53,268 bases of DNA from Prorocentrum cordatum (Eukaryota), in assembly GCA_963575745.1 (NCBI GenBank), contig CAUYUJ010000332.1, positions 62,001-115,268 on the forward strand, in the 5' to 3' direction. The translations under genes and the position numbers were made by a program. Positions 12,914-23,878 of the stretch are shown here, piece by piece; position 1 is the stretch's first letter, and every line of letters begins with the position of its first letter. The notes beneath the pieces are model-generated. The model did not search any database, had not been told where the DNA came from, and saw nothing but the letters and a program-made list of their open reading frames with translations.

Positions 12914-14922
12914 TCTTTTTTGTTAATGGGCGCGCGAAGCGAATCGAATGCCGAACGTGCTAGGGCGGGCCGCGCCGGTAGCGAAATGAATAACAGTGCA
13001 GGTGGCGGCGCGCGAGGAACCGCGATGCCGACCAGGCGGTCAGCAGCAGAAGAGCGTGCCGTTGGCGAAGACCACGTGAATAAACTTGGCGAACAAGAAG
13101 CACATGGGGCGTCCCAAGAGCACGAGAAGGACGCCGAAGAGGACAGAAGCGGAGGTGGTGGACCGTCGCACCGAGAGCCAAAATGGCGCGAGGAAGGCCA
13201 TCGGGTGGCCGTAGAGGGTAGCGGTGGCGCGCGAGTGGACACCGTGAAGTTGTGCAAACGGCACCCTGGGTAAGCGGAACGCCCAGGAAAGAGGCGACCA
13301 CGCCAGGCAGCAACAGTCGTCCAAGTAACCGTGTCCAGCGCATCCCAAGGGACAACTTTGCCGTACAAGTAGAACTTCAGACGTCGACCGGCACCGTGAG
13401 CCCCGCGAGCGCGCACCAGAAGACAAAACTTATCGGCACGAGCGGGCCGTGCGAGTGAAGACGACCACAAATGAAAACCCAGCGCGTACCCGGGGCCAAG
13501 GAGAAACCTTGTCGAACAGGTAGGACTTCAAAAGGCCGTCAGCTGACACCTTGCGCTTCACGTGCGCGAGCCCGAAGGCAAAAAGGGGCGGCGCGAGAGA
13601 ACAGTGCAAATGACCGCCGCCTATCGGGTAGCCCGAGGGTTGAGCGGCGGGGGGGGGGCCGTGCGAGGCCGGTGCCCGCAAGTGCCTGCCAGGGGGCCGT
13701 GTCGCCTTGGGCGCAGCGGGCAGCTGGCAGGGGTGGGGCCAACGCGTCCAGACAACCAACATGAACCCTTGCGGCCATCACGTGGTGGGGCGGACGGGAA
13801 CGAAGCCCTGGGGGAGCTGGTGCCATTCCAGCAGGACCAATCCGAAAAGGTTCATAGGGGGCAGCTGATCGCTGCAGCCTCTCGAAGAGCCACGGCAGAG
13901 GAATACCTGTGGTAAGCAGCTGATCGCTGCAAGCACTCGAAAAGCCCCAGCAAAATAATACCCGTGGTCAGTAAGAAACACAGATCGATCCAGCTTGACG
14001 GTGCGCAAGAAGACGGGGTCAAGGCGCTCGTCGTAATACTTGCTGGTGCGCGGCTCACGATCGTTCCGTGTGCACATGCCTGAAAGCGTCGGCAGAATAA
14101 TACCCGAGGTGCACAGGCACCCGATCGTTGCAAATCTTTTGAAGACGTCGGCAGAGGTACACCCAAGGTGATGCCGCCACCACAGGCAGGCAACGAAAGA
14201 GGTGTGCAGGCGGCGGGGGGTCCTGCCTGCTCAGGAGGAGTGTTCGATGACGTCGCAGCCGAACAACTCGGACGCTGTAGCGGCAACAGGTCGCCAAATG
14301 GCCGGCTTTCGCTGCAACCATCGGCCTCCGCTGCGCCCCCACCGAGGCGTGCCACGCCGCTGCGCCGGGGCAGCGGCCGGAGCGGCAGCCTGGGACGCTG
14401 CCACTGATCGCCCACAAACCTGCTGTCGTTGCGCCCGCCGGCCTCCGCTCCCCTTCCGCCGCGGCGCACCGCGCAAGCTGCGCTGTCGCTGCTGCGTCGG
14501 GGCCAGCTCCACCATGAAGTCCCGGCTCCCGTGCCGCAGCGTCCACGTCACGACGAGAGATTTGGAAGCGGCCCCCCGTCCGAGAGCGTGGCCGCGCCGT
14601 CGCCAGTGCTATCGGCACCGCAGGGCGGGGGCCGCGAAGAGGGCGCGGCGTCCTCGAAGTGACGCCCAAATGCCTGCCGATGGATGTAGCCGGCGAGCCG
14701 CCTCCGCGCGGCTGCTTCTTGCGGCGCCCCGCGCCGCGGCCCCCGGGGGGCTCGTCGCTCAAGACGCTGGCAACGTCGAGTGATTCGCGCGCGCCCCCGC
14801 AGACTGCAGCGGGGTCAGTCGACGGGGTGGGCGGGGGTGTGGTCGCCCTCTCCTGCTTGTCTGGCGCACCACGCTTCTGTTCCAACGCCTGCTCTGTCCC
14901 CAGGTCGTCGGCGTCGGCGTCG

Positions 14923-14977
<55 letters not shown>

Positions 14978-15494
14978 CGTCGGCGTCGTCGTCGTCGTCG
15001 GCGGTCGTATGCCGCCTGTCAGACCCCGGCAGTCCGTCGACGTTGCCGAGCACCAAATTCTATCCCGTTGGCGGCGAAGGGGCTGGGGGATCACGGGTTC
15101 TCGGGGCCACGCCCGGTGTCCAACTGCTTTCAGGCAAACGCGCCAACGTCGCACTCTGGCCGCCGTGCCGTCGCTCCTTGGCGCTGGGATTCACACTGTT
15201 GCAAGGGGAAAGCGGTGTCTCGAACTGGATCGAAGAGGCGCCAGAAGATGGGGTTGAGGGCCCTTGTCGCGCTGCCTCCTGGGGCGCGACCTTCGATCGC
15301 TCCGTCTGAATGGCCGCGGCCTTTTTCGTCTCGTGTCTGTTACGGAGGATCCGGCGCTTCCCCAGGGTGGTCTGTCCCCAGGGTGTCGGCGTCGGCGTCG
15401 GCGTCGTGGACGTCGTGGTTGTCGTCGTCGTCGTCGGCTTCGGCGTGTGTCTCCAAATCGTCGGCGTCGGCGTCGGCGTCAACGTCGGCGTCGT

Positions 15495-15525
<31 letters not shown>

Positions 15526-16927
15526 GTCGTCGGCAGCTGCGCCTTCGGGTCGTTGCCAGGCCTGTGGAGGGTCAAAGGGGACAGTGGGAGTGATGCCGCT
15601 TTCCGATGATTCCCTGGTGTGTCGCGTGGGAAGGGAGGAGCTTCGTCTCTCTCTTTCATCTTCTACCTTGGGTGTGCGACTGATCGCCGCGAGCACGTTG
15701 TCATGATTTGCAGCGCCCGTTGATTCGCCCCAGGGTGAGCGACTGATCGCCGCGAGCGCAGATGGAAGAGGGGCCTCGGGGCTCTCCGCAGGGGGCGGCG
15801 GGTGGGCCGGAATGTCGTTGCCATCTTCTGCGTGGGTGTACGACTGATCGCCGCGAGCACATCGTCATGATTCGCAGCGCTGCCTGATTCTTCCCTGGGT
15901 GAGCGACTGATCGCCGCAAACACAAATCGAAGATGGGGCCCCGCGACTCTCCGCAAGAGGTGGCGTGTGCACCGCAAGGTCGCCGCGATCGGATCGATCT
16001 GGCTTGGGGGGCGCAAGAAGACGGGGTCAAAGGCTCCAGCTGTTATGCTTCCTGGAGCGCGGCTCTCGATCGTTCCATCTGAAGTGCGGCTTTCGTCGTC
16101 TCTACCGCGTGTCTGCCCTGGGTCGCGACAGGGCAGAGCTGGTGCATCATTCGTACCGTCGTCGTCCCAAGGGTGCGCGCGATCGTCGTAAGTGTGCTGA
16201 CTTGGTGCGACGCGTCCCCGGGCCCCCCCCTAGGCGGGCGTCTGACGGCCGCGATGGCAGAGGAGCGGGGGGACTTGTGGCTGGCAGCACGACCAATCAT
16301 CGCAACTTTAAAGGGTAAGCGGTCTTCCCCAGGGTGGCAGCTGATAGTCGCAAGGACATCGAGCATAGTCGGATGACCACTGCCTCCGTCGTCGCGTGTG
16401 TGTGACGGAAGAAACGCAGCTTCCCCACGCTTCAGTTCCCGCTCAAACTCCCTCAGCTCCAGCTCCCGCTCAGGCCCAGATGCGGTCGGGGAGCGGTGGG
16501 CCGCGGCGGCCGCCACCGCAGCGGCGGCAGCGCCGGCGGCCGAGGCAGCGGCGGCGGCGGCGGCAGCGGCGCGAGCGGCCGCGGGCCCCAGCACAACAGC
16601 CCGAGCCACGGCGGCCGCGGCGCCGGCGGCGCCAGCGGCCCACGCGGTGCCAGCAGCGCTGGCGGCCCGCGGCAGCTGCGGCGCAGAAGGCGCCGGCGGC
16701 GCCAGCGACGCTAGCGCCGGCCCCGCGGCGGCGGCGGCGGCGGCCGCGGCGCTGGCGGCACAGGCGGCGCCAGCGGCCCCAGCGACGCGAGCCGCCCAAG
16801 CGGCCGCCCGCCGCCGGCGTCGCGCCGCGGCAGACACCATCGGCGCCGGGCGTGCCCGCGCCTGGTGGGGGGCGTGCTCGAGGCCTAACACCCCAACGAG
16901 ACGGCTTGAGCCAGAAGGGGCTACGGA
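12914..16927 (-). pseudogene. Processed retrocopy of an SL-trans-spliced mRNA (unknown protein, degenerate)
   Basis: Starts with a DinoSL relic (16927-16905); ATG at 16840 opens a frame to 16043 (MVSAAARRRRRAAAW...); ends in AACAAAAAAGA (12924-12914); flanks rejoin into an intact repeat terminus with TGGG duplicated. Confidence 0.75.
16905..16927 (-). other. Dinoflagellate spliced-leader (DinoSL) relic, near full length
   Basis: Minus strand TCCGTAGCCCCTTCTGGCTCAAG versus DinoSL DCCGTAGCCATTTTGGCTCAAG: first 9 and last 9 nt are identical. Confidence 0.85.
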
Positions 16928-16969
16928 CATGTTGGGGATACGCGAAGCGTCCATTAGGATGAGGAGTTA

Positions 16970-17666
16970 AAACTGTTTCCTCTTCAAAGCCCCCTTTTGC
17001 CCTTCGGGGAGCCCTTCCCCTGTCCCCTCAGACTTTGGCTACATTTACGGCTCCTCCTGGGGGGGGGGCCCTAGTGTACTACGGCCTCTGTTCGAATGGA
17101 TCTCCTCCAAGATGGCCCTAAGATGGCCCCCGAGGCACAAGGGTGCCCCATCACCGCCCCGAGAGACGCCCAGGAGGCCCCAAGAGGCCCCCGAGAGGCG
17201 CCCAGGATGCCCTAAAAATGCTCCCAAAAGACCACCAAAAGGAACCAAGGGAAGGCACCCAAGACGCCCCCGGCACTGCCGAAAGACCCCCCGAATACCC
17301 CAAAAGGACTCCAAGAAACTTTAGGAAGAAATCCGAAGAGACGGCGAGAAGCATCCAGGAGGCTTCCGGCCTTTCTGCTCGCTCTCCTCTTCCTCATCCT
17401 CCGCCTGTTCCTCCTCATTCCTCCTCCTCCTCCTCCTCCTCCTCCTCCTCCCCCTGTCCCTCCTCCTCCTCCTCCTCCTCCGTCTCCTCCTCCTCCTCCT
17501 CCTCTGTCTCCTCCTTCTCTTCCGACTCCTCCTCCATCCTCCCACTCTTGGGGTATGACGTCTTACCCAACCCTTTATTCCACTGCATGCTCCCTCGCAT
17601 CTCCCATCAGGGCAACTCGTCTGGGCATCGTTTCTGGCTGGGCTGGTGAGGTTATGCGAAGCGTCT
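16970..17666 (+). mobile_element. 5'-truncated family copy with 3' terminus
   Basis: Starts TGTTTCCTCTTC (as at about 8843 and 9330), CCAAGA-rich body, ends GGGCTGGTGAGGTTATGCGAAGCGT (17640-17664). Confidence 0.55.
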
Positions 17667-17853
17667 CGAGCCAGCCTTCCAAAACAATCCCCAAACAACC
17701 CCTGAGACCGTCCAAGAAGTTACGCATAGCCCAGCAAGATCGCGCGATCCCAAACGGACTTCCCTAAATTCAGAACGGACGTTCCCCGAAGCGTCTCCGG
17801 AAACGTCCACATCGTTGTTCCAATGCAGGGAGCATGGGGAGAATAACTGAATG

Positions 17854-17889
<36 letters not shown>

Positions 17890-18740
17890 TTCACGCCCCA
17901 AGACGGCCTAAAGAGCACCAGCAAGTTCCCAAGACACCCCACAGAGGCCTCCAAGACAGGCCCCCGAAGGCGCCAGACGACCCAAGAGCACCCAGGACGG
18001 CCCAAGCGGGCCCCGAGGTGGCCCAAGAGAGTCCCAAGATGACCGCAGTGGGCCCCTCTCCAGAGTTCCCCCACGCGCTCGTGGAACACGCAGTTCACTA
18101 GCATGACCGCACCGTCGTTCGACATATCGGCGCACCAGCGCTGCCAGAAGGAAGGGTACGGCGGTGATGCGCCGCAGGCTTCTTCGCTCTCTGTATATGT
18201 AAGCGTATAGATATACACACATGCCAAAACTATCAATCTACTTCCAATATCTCAATCATTCGGAATTCCTGTGAAACCATACCGTGCTGATAACCAGACC
18301 GTGCTGATAACCGAGAAGGGAGACACCGGCAGTCGGAAATAGGCGCGCCACTTACAATATTTTTCTCTGAAACCACGTCGAATCTATCCGTTTGTTCTTT
18401 GCCCTTGTCGCTGTACCATTCTTTTCTTTGTGTGGAACCGCTGGCGCGCAAGATAAATCTATATTCGATATTCGGAAAGATGCTACGACATTCGCGTCAC
18501 GACAAGACAATCTCACAAAACAACAGCACCGGCATCACGACTACGGAACCTCACTTGGAGAGCTGGCAAACGGCGCCACACATCGAATTCCGCAAGCAGT
18601 ATGGTAAGTTGACGACGCGTCTGGCAGAACACAATGACTTGTTCAATCGGTCGGTATTGAAATTCTTCGCCGCACGGAGCCGACAATGCTTATCGTGGGA
18701 TGCGTGCAGAAATACAGACACATATCCAGATAAAGAAAGA

Positions 18741-18787
<47 letters not shown>

Positions 18788-18839
18788 AACAGAGAAAGAG
18801 AGAGAGAGAGAGAACAAGAGAGAAATATGTGATATATCT

Positions 18840-18878
<39 letters not shown>

Positions 18879-19363
18879 CATTTTTTGTTGTTGTTTTGTT
18901 TGTTTTTCCTCTCTCTCTCTCTATCTCTCTTTCCCTCTCTGTCAAACAATATATATATATATATATATCGCTCGAACCTCCTGTCTCCTTCTTCTCCTCC
19001 CACTTCCCCTGGGGGTCACCAGAAGTCGCCGTTGATCGCCCGGAGTCCGTGGAAGCCCCTGGGAGCCTCCAGAGGTCTCCCGTCCCTCGGACCTTGAACC
19101 TCCCGTCCCGTCCGACGTCGCGACTTTTCCGCAACGTGGACCCTTGAACGTCTCGATCTTTTCCCCTGGACCGGCTTGTTCTCCCGAGTCGTTCTTGGGC
19201 GGCCCCGGGGCCCAGCGAGGGCCTCCACGGGCCGAAGACAGCGAAGCACCTCCGTCTTGATTTCTTCCAGCCCTCGTCCTCCCTCCTCGTCGCCCTCTCC
19301 CCCCGTCGCTTTCCCTTCCTGCTCGGCCCTGCCTTCGCTCTGCACCCTGCCCGGTGCACGGGC

Positions 19364-19429
19364 CTTCAGGCCCTGCTCCTGCAGCTCGGAGAGGCGCTGG
19401 TCCACGTTGGCCCGCAGGGAGGCCGCGTC
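19364..19429 (-). CDS. Probable internal exon of the same gene: DAASLRANVDQRLSELQEQGLK
   Basis: CAG|G acceptor, AAG|GC donor, 66 nt, phase 0-0, every third position G or C. Confidence 0.55.
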
Positions 19430-19468
19430 CTGCGCGCGCGCCGTGCGCTCGGATACAGCCCGAGGATG

Positions 19469-19508
<40 letters not shown>

Positions 19509-19576
19509 GGAGGAGGAGGAGGAGGAGGAGGAGGAGGAGGAGGAGGAGGGGGAGGAGGGTGAGGAGGAGGAAGGTC

Positions 19577-19613
<37 letters not shown>

Positions 19614-19630
19614 GGAAGGAGGAGGAGGAC

Positions 19631-20250
19631 GACCAGTGTAAGCTCTAGACCCATCAAGGATATTGCAATCGACCCTCCCACCAAATTCCCTCTTCAAAGG
19701 CCTCTATGAAGATCCATCTTCACTGCGGGGAAGAGCCCCGTTGGAAGACAACCGTCTGGAAGCTTTCAACCGTGCCAAGGCACCGTTCCTGGACTTCAAC
19801 GCCGCGAACCAACATCACTGTCAGGACCTGACGATCCTATACCGTGCCAAATCATTATTACAAGGACGCCCGCCACAATAATCCTTGAAACTGTGGTGAA
19901 CTGTTGGGGCGAATGTGCGCGGCGCTGAGGAGGCGAGAACCACATTTTGAAAAGTAGCCGCTCCATCCGTGAAACTCTTGCAAACTGTTAACACGAATGT
20001 GCGCAGCGCTACGACGAGCACCACATTTTGAAAACGACCCCCCCTCCGTCCGTGGGGCTCTTGCACAAGTTCCAGAACGAACGTGCGCCCCTGAAGCGTG
20101 AGCCACACTTCGACGGCAGCCCGCCCTCCATCCGCAAAGCTCCTGCAGATTCCAAGCCTCGTGACCACAAGCGGTGGGGAAGCCTCGAGCGAAACACCCC
20201 GCCCGCCCTTCCGACCCGTGTCGGGGGTGCGGCAGGGCGGAGCTGCTTGT
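19631..20250 (-). mobile_element. Same element, diverged inverted copy 3
   Basis: GACCAGTGTAA (19631), CCCCGTTGGAAGACAACCG and GGGGTGCGGCAGGGCGGAGCTGCTT are reverse complements of copy 1/2 blocks. Confidence 0.6.
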
Positions 20251-22898
20251 GAGGAGGAGGGGTGGAGGAGCAGCAAGGGGCGGACTCCGAGGTCCGGGCG
20301 CTGCCATTCTGAAATGGGGCGTCCTCGCTGGGTTTCGGGCCCCGGGGCCATCACGGCTCGATGTGGCTCGAAAGCGCAGCAGAAAGATTGGGTCTGGGGC
20401 TGCTGTCGTGATTTGCTCTCGCGAGTCTTCTATTTTCCACAACGCTGGATCTCAGGGGAGGAGGAGAGGAAGGAAGCGGCGGAGAAAGAGGAGAACGCTG
20501 ACAATGCTGACGAGAGGCTGCGTCGCGGGAGAGCACCCATGCAGACTGGCCTGCCTAGCTGGAAGCTCGAGCTTCCATGGGGGATTCATTTAGAGCGTGA
20601 CGCCGCATGTTGGCTAGCACGCTTTTCCTGTGCAAGCTCTTTAGCACCGCCTGCACCCCGCGCCCTCCGGCCGCCTGAGGCCCCGCCCGCCCGCGCTCTA
20701 TCTCCCCAATTCGTGCTTTGCGCGGTCCGCCTAGCTCTTAACCGGAAGAGGCTCGCTCTTGACCCGCAGGCCAAAAAAGTTGGCCAGCACGCTCGCGAAC
20801 GTCAGGGCCCGAGGAGCGAAGCTCGACCCTCGAGGATCGGGAGCTTTCGGCCTCTTCGGAAGCCGCTCGGAGGAGGCAGGCGTGGAGCCGTTTTTGTTTG
20901 TTTTCTTGTTTTTTGTTGTTGCTTTGTTGTTGCTTTTTGTGCTAAAACATGTAATAACATTTTTTTTCCATAGTTTTTGTTTGGTTCGTTTGTTTGTTTT
21001 CTTTCCTCTTCAATCGCACTCGGCGCAGCCTCAGGGAAACGACGGCAGGGGCTCAGTGTTGAGCGGCGAGAACGTAGCGGAAGAAGAAAAAAAAACAGCC
21101 GACCTCGGGGGTGGCGCACACTGCCCGCCGCCGGGAGGGGCGGTGGTCGACGACTTCTGCCACCCGGGGGTCCGCGCTCGCCAGGGTTCGAATCCGAGCG
21201 GCCGCTGCCGCTTCGTGCGCAGCAGCTCGTATGGTTGAGGGGGGAGGAGGGGCAGGGGGAGGAGGAGGAGGAGGAGGAGGAGGAGGAGGAGGAGGAGGAG
21301 GAGGAGGAGGAGGAGGAGGAGGAGGAGCAGGAGGAAAAGGAGGAGGAGGAGGAGGTCGTGCCTGGCAGGCCGCGTGGCGGTGCCGTGGAGCGCCAACAGG
21401 CTCCGTCCTCGGCGGAGGTGCGGCAGAACTGCACACGTCGAGTGCCCACGCAAGAAGGCGCAACGACTGCGGGTCCGCTCGAGTCATCGTGCGGTAACAG
21501 GTGGTGGCACAAAGGCAAGCTCGCAAGCCCCCTCGAGCCAATATTTTGCCTGGGACACGCAGCGCTCAACCCAGGAAACTTCGGCGGACCCAGAAACGGG
21601 TAGGCGGTCGCGGGGAAGATTGTGCCCACGCCAGAACCCCAACCTTCCCAGAGAGGGCGGTACGATTTCCAGCATCTGGCGGAAAGCATCTCGGGTTCGT
21701 GAACGGCTTGTTTCCTGGGTAGAGCACCGCGTTTCCCGGGTATGAATTTCTCCTCGGCAAAGGTGCATGGGGAAATTGATGGGAAGGGGAAGAGGAAGCG
21801 GGAGGGGGGTGGAAACGTGGACGGCAAGGGACGGGGGGGCGCGCTGCGGCCGTCCAGGCCGTTCTGGTCCAGGGTTGGCAAGTCTTCGCAGCGCCCCGCC
21901 CTCACTCCAATCAAGAGCAATGGAGCGCTACTGATAGCAAACATTGCGAATATAAACGGCCCTGTCAGATCAGGAAGTGGGCTGGTGGCGCGAACCTCCG
22001 TTCGCAGACCTTTCCGTGAGCACGAGCACGACCAGCTCTTCGAGGATGACAGCCAGAGGCAGCGGGGGTGCTGCCAGTGAAGGCGACGCAGAGCACGCAG
22101 CGAAGCACAGTGGGGCAACGGTGCATGACATGACGTGGGCAAACATGGCAGCGCGGGATGGTGGAGGAGGAGGAGGAGGAGGAGGAGGAGGAGGAGAAGG
22201 AGAAGGAGGAGGAGGAGGAGGAGGCAGAGGAGGAGGAGGAGGATGAGGAGGAGGAGGAGGAGAAGGAGGAGGAGGAAAGAAGGAGGAGGAGGAAAGGAGA
22301 GGAGGAGGAGGAGGAGGAGGAGGAGGAGGAGGAGGAGGAAAGGAGGAGGGGGAAAGGAGGAGAGGAGGAGGAGGAGGAGGAGGAGGAGGAGGAGGAGGAG
22401 GAAGAAAAGGAGGAGTCGTGATGGTCCGGAGCAGCCGGCCTCGGAGCGACCTCGGACCGCGCCGCCACCGACACGGAGAGAAGGGCGAATGCCGAGGGGC
22501 ACGCTGGGCACGCTCGCGCCTCGTGTGGCACCTGGCCCCTCTCCCCCATCCCTTCCCGTGGCGCTGACTTCTGCCTCCCTCCGCGGGCGCGTGTCTTCGC
22601 CGACCTGCAGCTCCAGCTAACAAAGACCACAACCTGTTGTGCGCAAGCGGAAAAAAAGGGAACTGCGTGCATAGGAGGGGAAGGAGGAGGAGGAGTAGGA
22701 GGAGGAGGAGGAGGAGGCGACGGTGGCGGGTGAGTAGGAGGATGAGCGGGAGGAAACGGACGAGGACGAACAGCAGCAGCAGGAACTGAAGTGGAAGGAG
22801 TGGGAGGAACAGGAGGACCAGGGAAGGCGGAGGAGGGGAGACGAGGGGGGCGATAACAAACTAGAAATACTCGGTTCCAGAAAAGTGGCCCGCGAAGG

Positions 22899-22990
22899 GG
22901 CGAGAGCGCCATTCTGAACGATGGGAGCAAAACGCCGATCCGAAAATGAGGCCCATGCTGCAACGGGAGCACGATTTGGAAGAACCGAGC
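22899..22990 (+). repeat. Short dispersed repeat also present at about 45901-46000
   Basis: TGAACGAYGGGAGCAA...CGATCC...AAATGAGGCC...GCTGCAA shared between the two loci. Confidence 0.6.
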
Positions 22991-23307
22991 AAATGAACTG
23001 AGGTCAGCGCCGCAGCGGGCGTATGATTTGGAAGGGCCGAGAACACAAACATGAAGCCAACGCTGGAGCGGGAACACCATTCTGCAAGTGCCGAACACGT
23101 TTGGATTAAAAACGCCCATATGATCTACCCACAATTTGCGAACATATGTGTAAGAACACACTGCGCAGAGGGGGGTGGTCTGACCAGTCGGCGTCTTCGG
23201 GGGAGGGAGGAACGTTGTATTCATGTGGTGTATTTGTCGAAGGGGTGACGATGATGATTATGAGGGAGATGCGGAAGATGATGAAGCGGAGGAAGGCAAT
23301 TATAAGA

Positions 23308-23408
<101 letters not shown>

Positions 23409-23803
23409 TGAGGGAAGGGACGGGGGAGGGGAAGTCGAAAGATGATGATGATTGATGATGATGATGATGGTGGGTGGTGATGATGGTGGTGGTGATGATG
23501 ATGCTGCTGATGAGGACGAGGAGTAGGAGTAGGAGGAGCGAGGCGAGGAATGAAGCGGGACGAGGAGGAGGAGGAGGAGGAGGAGGAGGAGGAGGATGGG
23601 AGGAGGAGGAGGAAGGAGGAGGAGGAGGAGGAGGAGGAGGAGGAGGAGGACGAGGAGGAATGGCGATGCGTGGAGGACGACATCGGCGAGGACGGGAAGG
23701 GTGAAGGGGAGTGGGAGGAGAAGGGGGAGGAGGTGGACAGGGAGGAGAGGCCGAAGAGGAAATGCCTGTTGATGATTATCGGCGGGTGATGCTCCGCGGG
23801 CGC

Positions 23804-23878
23804 CTGGAGGACCTCCTCCTGGTGCTCGGACAAGCGCGAATGCAGCTGGTCCATCTTCGCCCGGGCCGCTGCGGCGTC
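23804..23878 (-). CDS. Probable internal exon of an unidentified coiled-coil protein: DAAAARAKMDQLHSRLSEHQEEVLQ
   Basis: CAG|G acceptor, CAG|GC donor, 75 nt, phase 0-0, GC3-rich codons; homologous to 19364-19429. Confidence 0.55.

Noticed and set aside
16905..16927. Functional SL RNA gene
   Set aside because: The leader is mutated and is followed by mRNA-like sequence rather than a GT-starting SL intron.
18050..18720. Complex unique sequence with short protein-like frames and a 15-nt direct repeat (ACCGTGCTGATAACC)
   Set aside because: No recognisable motif or consistent splice signals; cannot be supported as coding.
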